A model generated the notes under the pieces. It did not search any database and was not told where the DNA came from. It was given only the letters and a program-made list of their open reading frames with translations. A stretch of 64,000 nucleotides of DNA, taken from positions 32,676 to 96,675 of the IMG/VR virus record IMGVR_UViG_3300017934_000005; one strand, written 5' to 3'. The first letter of the stretch is position 1. Each line of letters starts with the position of its first letter. Both the position numbers and the translations under genes were made by a program. Source of the stretch: a virus. Shown here in pieces: positions 31,064-42,053 of this stretch.

Positions 31064-32263
31064 TCATTCTTCTTCCTCGTCATCGTCCAATAGATCATTG
31101 AACGATTCCTCTTGGGTTTTTTCAAAATGCTGTTGCTTGAAGGTTTCGTCGCCTAGGATAAACGCGCGGAAATACGGATCATTCCTATCATCTCGGGGAT
31201 ATCTTATACCGAAAGTGTTAGGCCAGGACTTGGTCTTCCAGGAGTTGACGATCTGGACTATCTGCCGGCCGGCCTCGACGCCAGCTTCAGCCCCTGATTC
31301 CAAACTAACATATCCTGAGATAAATTGCAAGCGTTGTCTTGTAAGAATATTGACCGGAACAACGATGCCGTGTTCCTGGAGCCAATCCACTTTCTTTTGC
31401 TTCCCGACTTTAGTATTATCTCCAGCTTGGTCCATGACTTCAATCATGTAATCGTTCTTTACTAACCACGCAGTGTCTTCTTGAACCTGAGCCACAACTG
31501 CTTCATCGCCTGCTTCAAAAAAAGGCTCAGAGACCGGAGGCTTGTAGGCATTACCAAGAAGGGATACACTCGAACCTTTCTGCAGACGGCGACCTGACTT
31601 TTTGAATCCCAATAAAGCAACATCCCGTATCCCGGTAAGCCAAGAATAGCGTCGAAGTTGTTTGTCAAAGCCTGCAATTCCGGGCTGCTCTGGAAAATCG
31701 ATTCCAGATGTTTTAATGTCGATAATGATGGGACGATAAAGTCCATTTTCCGGTCTCCAGTCTCGCTTAACAAGAGTCGGATGGTCGGGGTCTGCATAGG
31801 CGATGATGTCAAGTTTTCCTTCATCTTCAATTTCTCCATAGTTGGGATCACCGGGAAAAACTTCTTTTCGATAGGGTCTTTGAAATACTGAACGACCACC
31901 AAGCGGAATTGGCAAACTCGGTTGCCGGATAATGTAGAGTTTCACCATCTCAATACCATCGAAAAGTAGCGTCTCCCAGTCTTTTTCGGTTTTTGTAAAC
32001 AGAAGGTCTGTTCTTTCCTTATGTTCGGACCAACGTCGAATAAAGTCTTCGACAGCACCTTCCCCGTTGTGGTCATGGTGGAATTGAATTGCCTCTTCGA
32101 GAGCGTGCCCGAAAAGGTAACGAGCCTTATTCTCTTTCTCTTTCCATCCTAAAACACGTCGCAAGAAATACTTGTAGGGGCATTGGTCATACTCGTTACC
32201 AGCACTGTAGCTGTGCTTCCTGTGTGGATTTCCTTTGCTGTTGCGATATAGAAAAGCCATCAA
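31064..32263 (-). CDS. PD-(D/E)XK nuclease (RecB/AddB-like)
   Basis: SYS...QCPYKY, GHALE, GKLD, IDIKTS, QLRRY. Confidence 0.85.
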   Translation of the reverse strand: MMAFLYRNSKGNPHRKHSYSAGNEYDQCPYKYFLRRVLGWKEKENKARYLFGHALEEAIQFHHDHNGEGAVEDFIRRWSEHKERTDLLFTKTEKDWETLLFDGIEMVKLYIIRQPSLPIPLGGRSVFQRPYRKEVFPGDPNYGEIEDEGKLDIIAYADPDHPTLVKRDWRPENGLYRPIIIDIKTSGIDFPEQPGIAGFDKQLRRYSWLTGIRDVALLGFKKSGRRLQKGSSVSLLGNAYKPPVSEPFFEAGDEAVVAQVQEDTAWLVKNDYMIEVMDQAGDNTKVGKQKKVDWLQEHGIVVPVNILTRQRLQFISGYVSLESGAEAGVEAGRQIVQIVNSWKTKSWPNTFGIRYPRDDRNDPYFRAFILGDETFKQQHFEKTQEESFNDLLDDDEEEE

Positions 32264-32434
32264 TCTTCCTTTGGATCAGTGAAAGTTAACAACTCGGGAC
32301 TGCCACTAATTCGGCAATCATCAAATCCTTTACTGGAGTAATCTTCGTCGGCAATCTCCTGAAGCCAAGCTTCGAATTCCCCTTCCTTGCCGACTGGGAT
32401 CAGGTAGTGGTGTCCATCATCGTCGGAAAGCAAT

Positions 32435-34102
32435 CTAAATCTCTTCATCTTCTTCCTCCAGAAAATCCAGTCCCGTATCATTATCCAATCCTAGACCTGT
32501 ATAAGTCTTGATCCGATCCTTGTGAATTATGAATTCACTTGGTTCTTCATTGAAAGTGATCGTCAGAGATTTTCCAGCCCGGCTGCAGGCCACGAAAAAG
32601 ATTCTCTTCTCTTCAGCCGGGTCTCCCTCGATATGAGGCATCTTGCCCTGATTGGCTCCTACCACGAAGACGTGATCCCATTCCCGCCCTTTGGCTTGGT
32701 GTACGGTCGCAAGAGTTAGAGTCTTGACGTTCTTCACATCTCGTCTCGCGTAGGTGAGTTTGCGAACATAGCTCAAAAACTCCTTGAGAGTTCCTTTCCC
32801 AACTGCGATCTGAACCAATCCGTTCAAGTTGTTAACCGGATCGCTATCATCGGTAGCTTCTCGTTTACTAAAGTAATCAACTAGATCATGATATTCAATC
32901 AATTGAGTCAAAACTTCGTGAGCCGGCCGGCTGTCATCCTCGACTTCCTTTGCGTGCCCCAGCACCGTTTTGATTTCTTTCTGATCCCAAAAATCTTTCT
33001 TCCCTAAGAAATTGTATTTTATTCCTTTGGCTGCACAGACTCGTTGGAAAGTGAAGAGCTGTCTGTTGGTTCGAGCCAAGATTGCTGTCCGTGCCGGATC
33101 ACATACACGTTCGAGGACCCAGTGAGCCTCGGTAAAATCGTCATAGAATTTAACGAATGTAGGCTGGATTCCTTCTTCGTTGTGCGTGACCATGTGAGAA
33201 GCAATGCCGTTATCCACTGGGAGAATCTCGCGGAAAAACTTGACCAACTCTCCCGTACTTCGAAAGTTCTCTCCGAGATAGAGCTTTTGGGCTCCTGGGA
33301 ACATTCTTTCAAAGTTTGTAAGTGACCCAGGCTGAGCGGATCGCCATTCATAAATGAGTTGATTCTCGTCTCCTACAACGAAAATATTTCCTCCGAATAA
33401 AAGTTTAAGAAGCTTGTACTGAACCACGTCAGTATCTTGGGCTTCATCAACGCCTAGATACTTGCATTGATGACGAGTCCGAACCGTATCATTAGATTCA
33501 AGAAGCGCTACGGTCTCCTGCATCAGAGAATCGAAATCAAGCCAACCCTGTTCCCGACACTGAATCTCGTAATCTGCGTAAGCATTGGCTAGACTAACCA
33601 AGGAGACCTGACGCCGTTTGCCCCGTTTGAATCTGTACTTGATGGCTTCCTGCGCTGCCATCGCGGGTGTGATGTTGGTTCGTTTCCATGCTGAAATAGA
33701 GCCTTGTAAGTCTTCGTAATCCCAGATTCCGTGACTCTTACATAGATCGAAAATGAGTTTATAGTCCTCGCCTCGAACCGGGATCACGGTATCGCAGAGC
33801 GTGAATGGAAAGTTGTCTCGTTCCTTCTTGGCAAAATCCAGAGCCCAGCTATGGAAAGTTCGAAAAACTTTATCAGCATTCAGAATCCCGGTACGCCGAG
33901 CCATTTCCTCAGCGGCAGCGCTTGTGAACGTCAGATTCAGAATATCCCATTCTTGGATACCCTGCATCAGCATGTTCTTGAAGCGCTGGCTGAAAACTGT
34001 GGTCTTTCCCGAGCCAGGGCCGGCTACCACCACATAGACCCCTTTGATGGCTCGCAATGCGATCTGTTGTTCTTCGTTAAAGGGAAAATCAAATAGTTGC
34101 AT
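32435..34102 (-). CDS. UvrD/Rep-family SF1 helicase
   Basis: AGPGSGKT, TFHS, VDEAQD, GDENQLIYEWR, ENFRS, TVHQAKGRE, EEKRIFFVACSRA. Confidence 0.95.
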   Translation of the reverse strand: MQLFDFPFNEEQQIALRAIKGVYVVVAGPGSGKTTVFSQRFKNMLMQGIQEWDILNLTFTSAAAEEMARRTGILNADKVFRTFHSWALDFAKKERDNFPFTLCDTVIPVRGEDYKLIFDLCKSHGIWDYEDLQGSISAWKRTNITPAMAAQEAIKYRFKRGKRRQVSLVSLANAYADYEIQCREQGWLDFDSLMQETVALLESNDTVRTRHQCKYLGVDEAQDTDVVQYKLLKLLFGGNIFVVGDENQLIYEWRSAQPGSLTNFERMFPGAQKLYLGENFRSTGELVKFFREILPVDNGIASHMVTHNEEGIQPTFVKFYDDFTEAHWVLERVCDPARTAILARTNRQLFTFQRVCAAKGIKYNFLGKKDFWDQKEIKTVLGHAKEVEDDSRPAHEVLTQLIEYHDLVDYFSKREATDDSDPVNNLNGLVQIAVGKGTLKEFLSYVRKLTYARRDVKNVKTLTLATVHQAKGREWDHVFVVGANQGKMPHIEGDPAEEKRIFFVACSRAGKSLTITFNEEPSEFIIHKDRIKTYTGLGLDNDTGLDFLEEEDEEI

Positions 34103-35237
34103 CGATGGTTTTTACTAGTTCCGCTGGACTCATGGATTCCAGAAACTTAAAGAAATCTTCCCACTGCTCGATACTGAGTTGAGATACTTCAGAGACATTG
34201 TATCTTTTTATGGCGAAGGCTCGTAAACGCATTCCAATTCCTCCGCGTTCGTTCGGTATCATGCCGGCCTTGGGAAGAATCTCGTCATTATAAGCCCGCA
34301 GTCTGACGCGATACTCTTTCCTCTGAGCCGCGTCGGGCATCGCCGCGACTCGTGTGATAGGTTCTATGATCACAGGATCGAATGCCGGTCCTACCTTGAA
34401 AGTCATGGTGTGGCCGATGTCTTTGACAATGTCTCCAATCACAGGACAGCCATCATCAAAAACCGGATTACCCTGCTTGTCATGGTTTGGGTAATTTTCC
34501 TCGTTTCCAAACATAGTCCACCCGAAACCTGTAGGCTGAACGACGCCCTGAGCACAGGCAGTATCCGGGATCGGAGTCAGTACAAAAGGTTTGTCGAAAC
34601 TAGGAGCTTTTGATCTAACCAGTTTCGCTCCGGGAGATTGAAAAGTTGGTTCCACAAAAGATTCAGGAGTCGGCAATTCTGACTTACCTGGGGCCGCGTT
34701 TGGTTGCACCGTAGGCTGAGCCGCGACCTGGGTCAAACTAGGAGCCTGAGAGATATTAGTGGTGGAGGTTTCCGCAATCTCAGTCTCATCCAATATGCCT
34801 CCACCCACGAACTGGAGCGTCATACGACGCAGTGCTTTGGTCTGAGCCCACATCACGGCCGATTCGAGTTCCCGGCCTCGTAAACCCTCAGTACTCTTCG
34901 AGCCTGAGGACATTTCAATTCGGCCGGCCTTATTCTGACCTTTAGCTATCCACGTCACTTCACCCTGACCATTATCTTTTTTTAGATCAATTACAGAGAT
35001 ACCTAAATTCTCTCGAATTATATCGGTTGCACCCTTCTTGGCATAGAGCACTAACTTTCTTGCACCGTCACCTTGATCCATCCAATGAAAAGCGAGAACG
35101 TTGAGTTCAGGAGGAATATGCAAATATTCGCAAGCTGCGAGATAATATTGTTGGCGTTCTTCCTCACTCAATCGTTCCAGATCATACATCGGTATGAATT
35201 TAATCATCAACCTTCTCCGACTTCTTACCACTCTCAT
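34089..35237 (-). CDS. Putative single-strand annealing/recombination protein
   Basis: N-terminal domain ending MWAQTKALRR followed by a low-complexity linker; adjacent to helicase and nuclease. Confidence 0.5.
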   Translation of the reverse strand: MRVVRSRRRLMIKFIPMYDLERLSEEERQQYYLAACEYLHIPPELNVLAFHWMDQGDGARKLVLYAKKGATDIIRENLGISVIDLKKDNGQGEVTWIAKGQNKAGRIEMSSGSKSTEGLRGRELESAVMWAQTKALRRMTLQFVGGGILDETEIAETSTTNISQAPSLTQVAAQPTVQPNAAPGKSELPTPESFVEPTFQSPGAKLVRSKAPSFDKPFVLTPIPDTACAQGVVQPTGFGWTMFGNEENYPNHDKQGNPVFDDGCPVIGDIVKDIGHTMTFKVGPAFDPVIIEPITRVAAMPDAAQRKEYRVRLRAYNDEILPKAGMIPNERGGIGMRLRAFAIKRYNVSEVSQLSIEQWEDFFKFLESMSPAELVKTIDATI

Positions 35238-35513
35238 CCCTGATCGTAGTCAGGTGCCAACCGTCACAAACTTCACAGTGATAAGCATCGTGCGGGTAAG
35301 CTCTTTCTTTATTCTTCTTGAACCATTCCGCGTTCAGTGCTGCTTGCTTATTCGTGAACCTAGATTTGTCATAACAACTTCGAGCATGTTGGTAGTGAGC
35401 GTCTCTAAACCTTCTCAGGAAGGGGAGGAGTTGCTCAATTCTGAAAACACGCTTCCGGCCTCGACGGACTGTAAAGGCTAACTGCAGGTCCCACTTGGGC
35501 ATTAAATTTCCTC

Positions 35514-36602
35514 TTACTTATGATAATAAAATGATTCAAAACCATCGGCTCCAAGTGGAAGACCGGGAGCCCAGAGTATTGGCTGACGCATTGTATCTTC
35601 CATCTCGTGAACACCGGGATAGAACGGATCGTCAAGGGTTTCAGAAATACCTTCATCGTGAACATGGCCGACAATCGGAAGGCCCATGCTGAATTCAAAC
35701 TTGAGTAAGGATTCAACCAGTACATCTCGGGCAATGGCTTGCACAATGTTCTCGAATATTTTCCCGCCATGAGTCGTGATCCCATCTTCCCAATTCTTGG
35801 TTTCCTGGTTTACTCCGCCGTAACAAAGACTTGTGCGATAAACATCCTCACCATTTGAGCCCTTCCAGGGTGCCTTGATATCATCAACGAATGCATTCAC
35901 GTAGTGAAGCCGACGACCACTAGGAAGATGAATTCTGAAGATATGACGTTCGTTCCCATGATCCATCACGGTGAACTTATCCATGAAAATCTTTAATTCT
36001 TCCAAACGTTTCAAGGCATAGATTAGTTTGCTTCCGTACTCTGAATCCTCGTTAACTTTAATCGGTTTCCCAGTCATAACCGAGACGGGTAACTTGTCTA
36101 GTGCATACCAGGTGAACACAATCTCATTGTAGAGTTCCCGGAATGCTTTCACAGTCTCGTTAGATTTTTCCTGGGTCATGTCAACACCCATATTCTCGGC
36201 ATACAACCAAAGACCCGTTTTCATAGGTTCGCCGGTTTTAGGGTTAACACCCATCTCACCACCGGATTGTCTATATACGGCGGCTAACGTTCCGGCTTTA
36301 GCAATCTGGCGCTTCTCTTTGGCCGGCCCTTTCAGTTGAGGGTCTTTATTGTTGTAATCTCGGGCTAAGGTGAAATAGTCCAGATTGTACATTTTGCAAG
36401 CGAAATCTAGGTATGGGTCTTTCTGTTTCAAGGGCCGACCGCAGACTACGCAACTCTGACCATAGATTCGCATCGTGGATTCTGGATGATCCAGGCACAC
36501 ATAAGTAGTGAAGACATCCAGGAGTGGCTGGCAACCAGCAACCCAGGCCGCAACTCTGGTCTCGATAGCATTTAGGTCCGAGACATTAAACCTGTGTTGC
36601 AA
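35514..36602 (-). CDS. Family A DNA polymerase, C-terminal polymerase part
   Basis: Motif A SDLNAIETR, motif B RQIAK, ENIVQAIARD, motif C HVHDE. Confidence 0.9.
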   Translation of the reverse strand: MQHRFNVSDLNAIETRVAAWVAGCQPLLDVFTTYVCLDHPESTMRIYGQSCVVCGRPLKQKDPYLDFACKMYNLDYFTLARDYNNKDPQLKGPAKEKRQIAKAGTLAAVYRQSGGEMGVNPKTGEPMKTGLWLYAENMGVDMTQEKSNETVKAFRELYNEIVFTWYALDKLPVSVMTGKPIKVNEDSEYGSKLIYALKRLEELKIFMDKFTVMDHGNERHIFRIHLPSGRRLHYVNAFVDDIKAPWKGSNGEDVYRTSLCYGGVNQETKNWEDGITTHGGKIFENIVQAIARDVLVESLLKFEFSMGLPIVGHVHDEGISETLDDPFYPGVHEMEDTMRQPILWAPGLPLGADGFESFYYHK

Positions 36603-37851
36603 CGAACACCGTCCTGATACAGTTTTTTACCGTGAGAAGCACAGCGCCGTAATCTGGAGTCCCGTCTTCCTGAGGCTTACCAAATTCTTTGATGATGCCA
36701 TTATAGTCCTCGGCATAGATTAGTGCGCGGGCTCGATCCAAAACTTTCTTGTCCTCAAACCGGGAATCAGGTCTTGCCATGTTGTGCATTTGAACCGCAT
36801 TTCCTGACCAGCGACCGCAACGGGCTGATCCCATGTAGAGGAATTGACCGCGAAGCCGTCCATCATCATTGATTTGACGCATAATAGCCAGGAGCTTTTT
36901 GTAGGTAGTGGAAGACGCTGCTTTACGTGCCTCAAGCACTTTAATACAGAGTGGCGTAAGCTTATCTCGTTTGTATTTAAGGACCGCAGTGACGTGCTCT
37001 TTTCGAAGTGTTGCCTTGCCATCAGGACCGTATGGGTATCCCTGAGATTTAACCCACTCCTGCATCTGAGGGTTAGAATTTGAATTCTCTAGACCTGTCA
37101 ATTCATTTTGTTTCTTAACAGCTTCTCGTTTGGCCTGATCTGCGAGAGCATAGGCTTTCTTCACGAAACCGATATCGACCGGAATGCCACGATCATTGAC
37201 TCGCTGATCGAATATCCAAACCTGTCGCTCTCGGGGGGGAAGCGGGAACACATCTACGATATTCAGGCGTCGAGCAATTTCACGTTCGGCCACGAGGTCT
37301 TGTTTACAATAGGAACAAAACTCTTCCCACTCAGCCGGATGAGAATTCCAATCCTTATAAAATCGTTGCTCGGGAGTTCCCTTCTTCTTATTGGCCTTGA
37401 TTACGGTCTCCATGCTAAACATCTTAATCAGTTCCCCGCCGCGCTTATCCTTAGCGAGACTGTGAGGGAGACCCAAGATAACACCATCCTCATCCAGGTC
37501 TCCGGTAAGAGAGAGATACCGCGAACTTGCCTGGGGGTCCTGGAATCTCTCGATGGGAAGCTTGTGACCTAGACGCTGAAGCAAGTAGCGTTCGAACGTA
37601 GAGTGCCAGGCCATAATGTCTAGGTCTGAGTAAAGCGCCTGCTCCAGATCGGCCGGAATCGGATCGTCGGCCCAAAGTCTCCACATCTTAAGTTCCATAT
37701 CAAGTGGGCTCAGGTCTCCAATCGCATAACCCAGCATTAAGGGCTCAGTTGTCGGATGGAAGCAATAATTGTAGGTTCCCACACTGAGTTGACCCTTAAG
37801 CTCAGCCTTGCTTCTGGTTTCAAAGTCGATGATGAGAAAGTTACTCGACAT
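36586..37851 (-). CDS. Family A DNA polymerase, N-terminal 3'-5' exonuclease/thumb part
   Basis: IDFET, FER, YCKQD, NDRG, GRWSG..Q.HN, IRTVFVA. Confidence 0.9.
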   Translation of the reverse strand: MSSNFLIIDFETRSKAELKGQLSVGTYNYCFHPTTEPLMLGYAIGDLSPLDMELKMWRLWADDPIPADLEQALYSDLDIMAWHSTFERYLLQRLGHKLPIERFQDPQASSRYLSLTGDLDEDGVILGLPHSLAKDKRGGELIKMFSMETVIKANKKKGTPEQRFYKDWNSHPAEWEEFCSYCKQDLVAEREIARRLNIVDVFPLPPRERQVWIFDQRVNDRGIPVDIGFVKKAYALADQAKREAVKKQNELTGLENSNSNPQMQEWVKSQGYPYGPDGKATLRKEHVTAVLKYKRDKLTPLCIKVLEARKAASSTTYKKLLAIMRQINDDGRLRGQFLYMGSARCGRWSGNAVQMHNMARPDSRFEDKKVLDRARALIYAEDYNGIIKEFGKPQEDGTPDYGAVLLTVKNCIRTVFVATQV

Positions 37852-38317
37852 ATTTTTCGGCGAGAGTATTTAAAAATTCCTTTTGGGAGAAGAATATTTC
37901 TGTAGCAAATTGAGCCATCACATCCCATCTTTCTTGGGGCTCTTTAGGGAAAAGAATAAATCCTGGTTTTCCTTTTCCGAGCGTATATCCTAATTCCAAA
38001 TGGGCTGAGCGTCCTGCCGGATGCAAAAGAACTGCACCATCAGTTCGGTCTAGGTGATATTTATCAAATTCGAAAACATGCGGAGCCATGTATCCCTTAA
38101 GCGCCTGTCCGTATGTTCTCCCTCTTCCTTGCTCATATTTTTTCCACCAGTCGTCCGTTTCTGGACCGGACGCAAACCAGTCTTCGAATACATCCAGACC
38201 TAGTTTACGAAGAGCATTACCAAGTTTAGGAACTGCTGGATTACGTAGCGAGCCTATCACATAAATCGATTTCACTTTATTCTCCAGTAATCTTACTCCA
38301 GGTATGTTCGTGTCCAA
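37841..38317 (-). CDS. Nucleoside 2-deoxyribosyltransferase-like protein
   Basis: IYVIGS...FEFDKYHLD...AGRSAHLELGY..GKGKP. Confidence 0.75.
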   Translation of the reverse strand: MDTNIPGVRLLENKVKSIYVIGSLRNPAVPKLGNALRKLGLDVFEDWFASGPETDDWWKKYEQGRGRTYGQALKGYMAPHVFEFDKYHLDRTDGAVLLHPAGRSAHLELGYTLGKGKPGFILFPKEPQERWDVMAQFATEIFFSQKEFLNTLAEKYVE

Positions 38318-38534
38318 TTTCCTTGAATAACCTAGCTAAGTTATCTTCTATTCCATCCAAGCGACGTTGAAAATCTAAAATGAGCCTGCCTATCTGTTCA
38401 ACGGGATCAGAAAAAAAATTCATCATTTATACCAGCTTCTTCTGCTGTTTGAGGCTTAGCGGCGGCTTTTTCATCTTGCCACAGAGCTTCTTTCTGTAAT
38501 TCCGACAAAGACGCATCACGAAAACTTTCATCAC

Positions 38535-39011
38535 TCATTGAATTTCCTCCACAGGATATTCCTTCCAAAACAAATCCATCTCATTCAGGTACTGCTTACT
38601 CTTGTCTAAAGCTTTCGCCCAACGAGAGAGCATGTCCTGGGTTGGAAAAGGGAACACAAACTTCTTGATGCCAGCCTGAGCCATGTGGACCAGGCATCGG
38701 TCGCAACTGGCACAGGGCCAGGTGTAGAGCGTGTAATCGCCAGGAATAGTATATCCAGGCATAATCCGCTCTTGCAAATGAAGTACAGCATTCATTTCAC
38801 AATGCACAACGCGGCTATACTTCTCCTCTCGATTGTTCAACCATTCTTCCTTATCGGGCATCATGGTTGGGAATCCGTTGAATCCCACCGAGGCTACAGT
38901 TCGATCCGGCCGCACAATCACGGCTCCAGTCTTAGTGCTAGGGTCCTTGGACCATGTTGAGACTAACCGAGCAAGACTCAGAAATCTTAGGTCCCATTTC
39001 TTGTCAAACAT
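38535..39011 (-). CDS. dCMP deaminase
   Basis: SKDPSTKTGAVIV, GFNG, HCEMNA, CDRC. Confidence 0.9.
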   Translation of the reverse strand: MFDKKWDLRFLSLARLVSTWSKDPSTKTGAVIVRPDRTVASVGFNGFPTMMPDKEEWLNNREEKYSRVVHCEMNAVLHLQERIMPGYTIPGDYTLYTWPCASCDRCLVHMAQAGIKKFVFPFPTQDMLSRWAKALDKSKQYLNEMDLFWKEYPVEEIQ

Positions 39012-39700
39012 CAGGGTGCTATCCTTTCATTATTGATAAAGTTCTCATACGTGATTGGCATGAGTGATTGAAAAATTTCTTCAAGCCTAATGGCGTACTG
39101 CCGAATCTCCCACATCGCTTTGTCATGGTTCCGAAGCGAGAGAAAATTCATCAGGGATCGAGCATTGCAACACCAGTACATCTCGCTATAGATATTAACG
39201 GGAAGAAAAAATCGAGCCTGCTCCTTGGCAATTCCTCGGGCTAAAGCGGTCTGGTATCTCTCAAAGGATTCTCGACTATGAATCTCAAGTTCGGAGATGA
39301 ACCAACCCGCATCTGCAGGGGCCGCGACTTCGTAGTAATAGTTGCCCGACTTGCCGACCTGGGTTCGAACGTGATCCGTGGTTGGGATGTAGAAGTCGTT
39401 ACGGAGTTCAGAGTATCTGGCGCTCCACTCGTTAATGCTGATTCCAATCCGGTGTCGATGCCATTCTCTGAAGACAAAGATCGGGGCCTTGATACGGAAT
39501 CGAAAAAAGTTCTGTTCGAATGGTGTACCATGTCGATTCTTGAGTAGGAATCGAATCAGTTGTTCATCACCTTCCTCAAGACCCCAATGGTATTTGTGAT
39601 ACGAAACTCGGGCTGCGTTGATTACGCTCAGATCATCGGCACAACTATTTTCTAGTGCAACAAAACCCCTGTCTAAAACTTTCGTCTCAGGATATGTCAT
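39011..39700 (-). CDS. thyX: Flavin-dependent thymidylate synthase
   Basis: AARVS, HGTPFE, RHR...NEWSARY, EQARFFLP, LR...AMWEIR. Confidence 0.95.
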   Translation of the reverse strand: MTYPETKVLDRGFVALENSCADDLSVINAARVSYHKYHWGLEEGDEQLIRFLLKNRHGTPFEQNFFRFRIKAPIFVFREWHRHRIGISINEWSARYSELRNDFYIPTTDHVRTQVGKSGNYYYEVAAPADAGWFISELEIHSRESFERYQTALARGIAKEQARFFLPVNIYSEMYWCCNARSLMNFLSLRNHDKAMWEIRQYAIRLEEIFQSLMPITYENFINNERIAP

Positions 39701-39856
39701 TCTTTAACCTTTCTGCTGTATCTGGTGAATCATCTCGATCATTATAAAAACGAGACACTTCTTGTACTTCTTCGCAACGGGGGCAGTAAGTAAAACCGCT
39801 TCGGAAATCGTATTCTAGGACGTATCCATGAATAATACAAAAATCATTATCTATCA

Positions 39857-41953
39857 TTAGATTCCTTCTTTCAATAAATACACCATGGCCGGTTTGTGAT
39901 CCGGCCCTCCGCGAACACCATCGCGGTAAGCTAGAATATGCTGATCTTGGAGTGTTTTGAATACTTGCATCCATAGGCGTCCCTGGCCCAAGCCATCAAG
40001 TTTTCGATACAAGTCTCGATACGGAACTTTTCCACCTGAGCGTTGCACTTCTCGGACAATGACTTTAGCGAGTCTACCATCAAGAGTTTCGGCTTCTACC
40101 GGATCGAGATAAGCTTTCGTATCCCGAGCATAGACAGTCAGAGCCTTAGCCTTCTCAATGTCCTCAAACATAATTTTGTCATGACCGGAATCTACGGCAA
40201 AGTAGAGAGCGAATCGCTCAGTAAGGGTTTGCTCTCGGGCATCAAGGCCATCAAAGTGACGATCCACGTCTGAAAACTCATCATATTCGTATTCCTTACG
40301 AGCCGTAGCCGCACTGATACAAGCCTTAGTTTTCTGCAACCCCTCCAAGCTAAACTGATCCAATTGCGCGTGGAACAGAGCTTTTTTGGGCTGATCTGGC
40401 GTGATCAGGAAAAACATTCGATCATTCAGACCGCTGCTATCGCCAGGGAGTTTCGACCACAGAGTTGGGAATTTGCGATCCGTAGTACACCACATCCAGG
40501 AGAAGCAATAACTATTCGAATCGAAAGTAAAGGATTCCTTTCGCGCCTTGATCGAGTTCGAAAACCGTCTAGACTCGTAGAAACTCAACATGTCATCAGT
40601 GAAGCTGGAGTTCTCGATTCTGGCCTTCTGAATGAATTTGCTAAGCTCGTCAAAGAACACAACCGCGTTCCGGGCTTGCATTCGGTACATCTCCAGACCC
40701 AAACCTTCTGTGCTACCTGGACTGATAATCACAGTCTGACCATTCGCGCTTGTCAGTTTTTGATTGTGATTTGTAGCCAGGTTCATGACTCGAAAATATT
40801 CTTGAGCAATCTCACAGCTTGTGCTCTTATAAAACTTACCGTAAGGTGAGATGATACCCAAGAAAATAACTGGCGTGAACGGTCTGTTCTTGACTGTAAC
40901 CTTGGTGCCAAGATAGTTCAAGTACATGACCAGAGCCGGCATAAAGACTAGCTCGGGATACTTATCACTGGTCTGCTCCACAGGTCCGACCAAACCATCC
41001 CATAGCGATGTGCCTCGCATGATCCAGGTCGGAAAGATCGGATGTGGTACAATCGAGGATGTCTCAATCTCAGGTTCATCATCCTGCTGAGCCTCGCGGG
41101 TCTGCTTCAACTGCTCGGCTTGGGCATCAATATTCTGTTTGAACACATCTACTGGAACCGGCCGCTTACCAATGCTATGCGCGATCTTCTCGCACATCTC
41201 TCGATAATCTGAGCCGTAGTTCTCACACCGAGCTTCGCAGATCACGATGAGTCTGGAACAGAGTTCATCCTCACTCCAGTCTGGATTCTCGTGATGCAAC
41301 TTGCCAGCAATCGAAGTCAACGTGGTATCATGGGCTCCATAAGGAATCTTCGGCCCATCTGAAGCTGTATCCACAGTTTTGAATTCTCGCTGCGTCGGCT
41401 CCTGATACTCGAAACGATCTATTTTCTTCTGACTAATACACCAATCTATTAACCAGTCTGGAGCCTCACTGAGAGGAGACTCATCTATGATCCGATACTG
41501 CTGACCGGAATCTGGATGCCAGGAACCGGGACCGACTACGTATTGATTATCAACTCTGGCACTCCAATCCTCGTTCTTGACGAAACCTTGGGCCAAGTTG
41601 CCCATATGGATCGAACGCGGACTCTGTTTGAAATAGAAATGGCCTCGACCAGGACGGGATCGCACCTTGAACGTAGCAATACTGAACAGCAGTTTACCGG
41701 TCTCGGCTTCAACACGCTGCGCTACTTCAACTCTATCTATTTCGAAGAACCAGACCCCACTCGGCACTCCCTTGGCAACAGATGCAACATTGGCATCTGG
41801 ATATGTTTGGTCCCAAGCTTCGATTACAGCCGGTTCAGTTGTAGCCTTGCTAGGCCAGTCTGAAAGAAAAGCTTGTTTTGTGTGGGCTCGAAGAGGGACA
41901 ACTGGAATGCCTAACTGAATGAGTGGAGTTGCAATCTCTTTAAAAAAAGCCAT
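39857..41953 (-). CDS. Bifunctional primase-polymerase with C-terminal P-loop-like domain
   Basis: N-terminal Prim-Pol pattern (VVPL...W...ATT...W, GRGHFYF, YVVGPGSWHP..G..Y, APDWL); C-terminal STEGL, FDELS, DRM. Confidence 0.8.
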   Translation of the reverse strand: MAFFKEIATPLIQLGIPVVPLRAHTKQAFLSDWPSKATTEPAVIEAWDQTYPDANVASVAKGVPSGVWFFEIDRVEVAQRVEAETGKLLFSIATFKVRSRPGRGHFYFKQSPRSIHMGNLAQGFVKNEDWSARVDNQYVVGPGSWHPDSGQQYRIIDESPLSEAPDWLIDWCISQKKIDRFEYQEPTQREFKTVDTASDGPKIPYGAHDTTLTSIAGKLHHENPDWSEDELCSRLIVICEARCENYGSDYREMCEKIAHSIGKRPVPVDVFKQNIDAQAEQLKQTREAQQDDEPEIETSSIVPHPIFPTWIMRGTSLWDGLVGPVEQTSDKYPELVFMPALVMYLNYLGTKVTVKNRPFTPVIFLGIISPYGKFYKSTSCEIAQEYFRVMNLATNHNQKLTSANGQTVIISPGSTEGLGLEMYRMQARNAVVFFDELSKFIQKARIENSSFTDDMLSFYESRRFSNSIKARKESFTFDSNSYCFSWMWCTTDRKFPTLWSKLPGDSSGLNDRMFFLITPDQPKKALFHAQLDQFSLEGLQKTKACISAATARKEYEYDEFSDVDRHFDGLDAREQTLTERFALYFAVDSGHDKIMFEDIEKAKALTVYARDTKAYLDPVEAETLDGRLAKVIVREVQRSGGKVPYRDLYRKLDGLGQGRLWMQVFKTLQDQHILAYRDGVRGGPDHKPAMVYLLKEGI

Positions 41954-41974
41954 ACAACCCCTTGAGGAAATCCT

Positions 41975-42028
41975 GGGCGGTCTCTGCCGCCCGTCAAGCC
42001 TAGTCTCTAACCGACCGGCTTTCGTCGG
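41975..42028 (-). ncRNA. Pseudoknot-type structured RNA motif, copy A (5' of primase)
   Basis: CCGAC-GAAAGCCG-GTCGG...ACTAGGCTTGAC-GGGCGG-CAGAGA-CCGCCC; covaries with copy B. Confidence 0.65.
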
Positions 42029-42053
42029 ACAATCCGAAGGTTATTCCTTCGAC

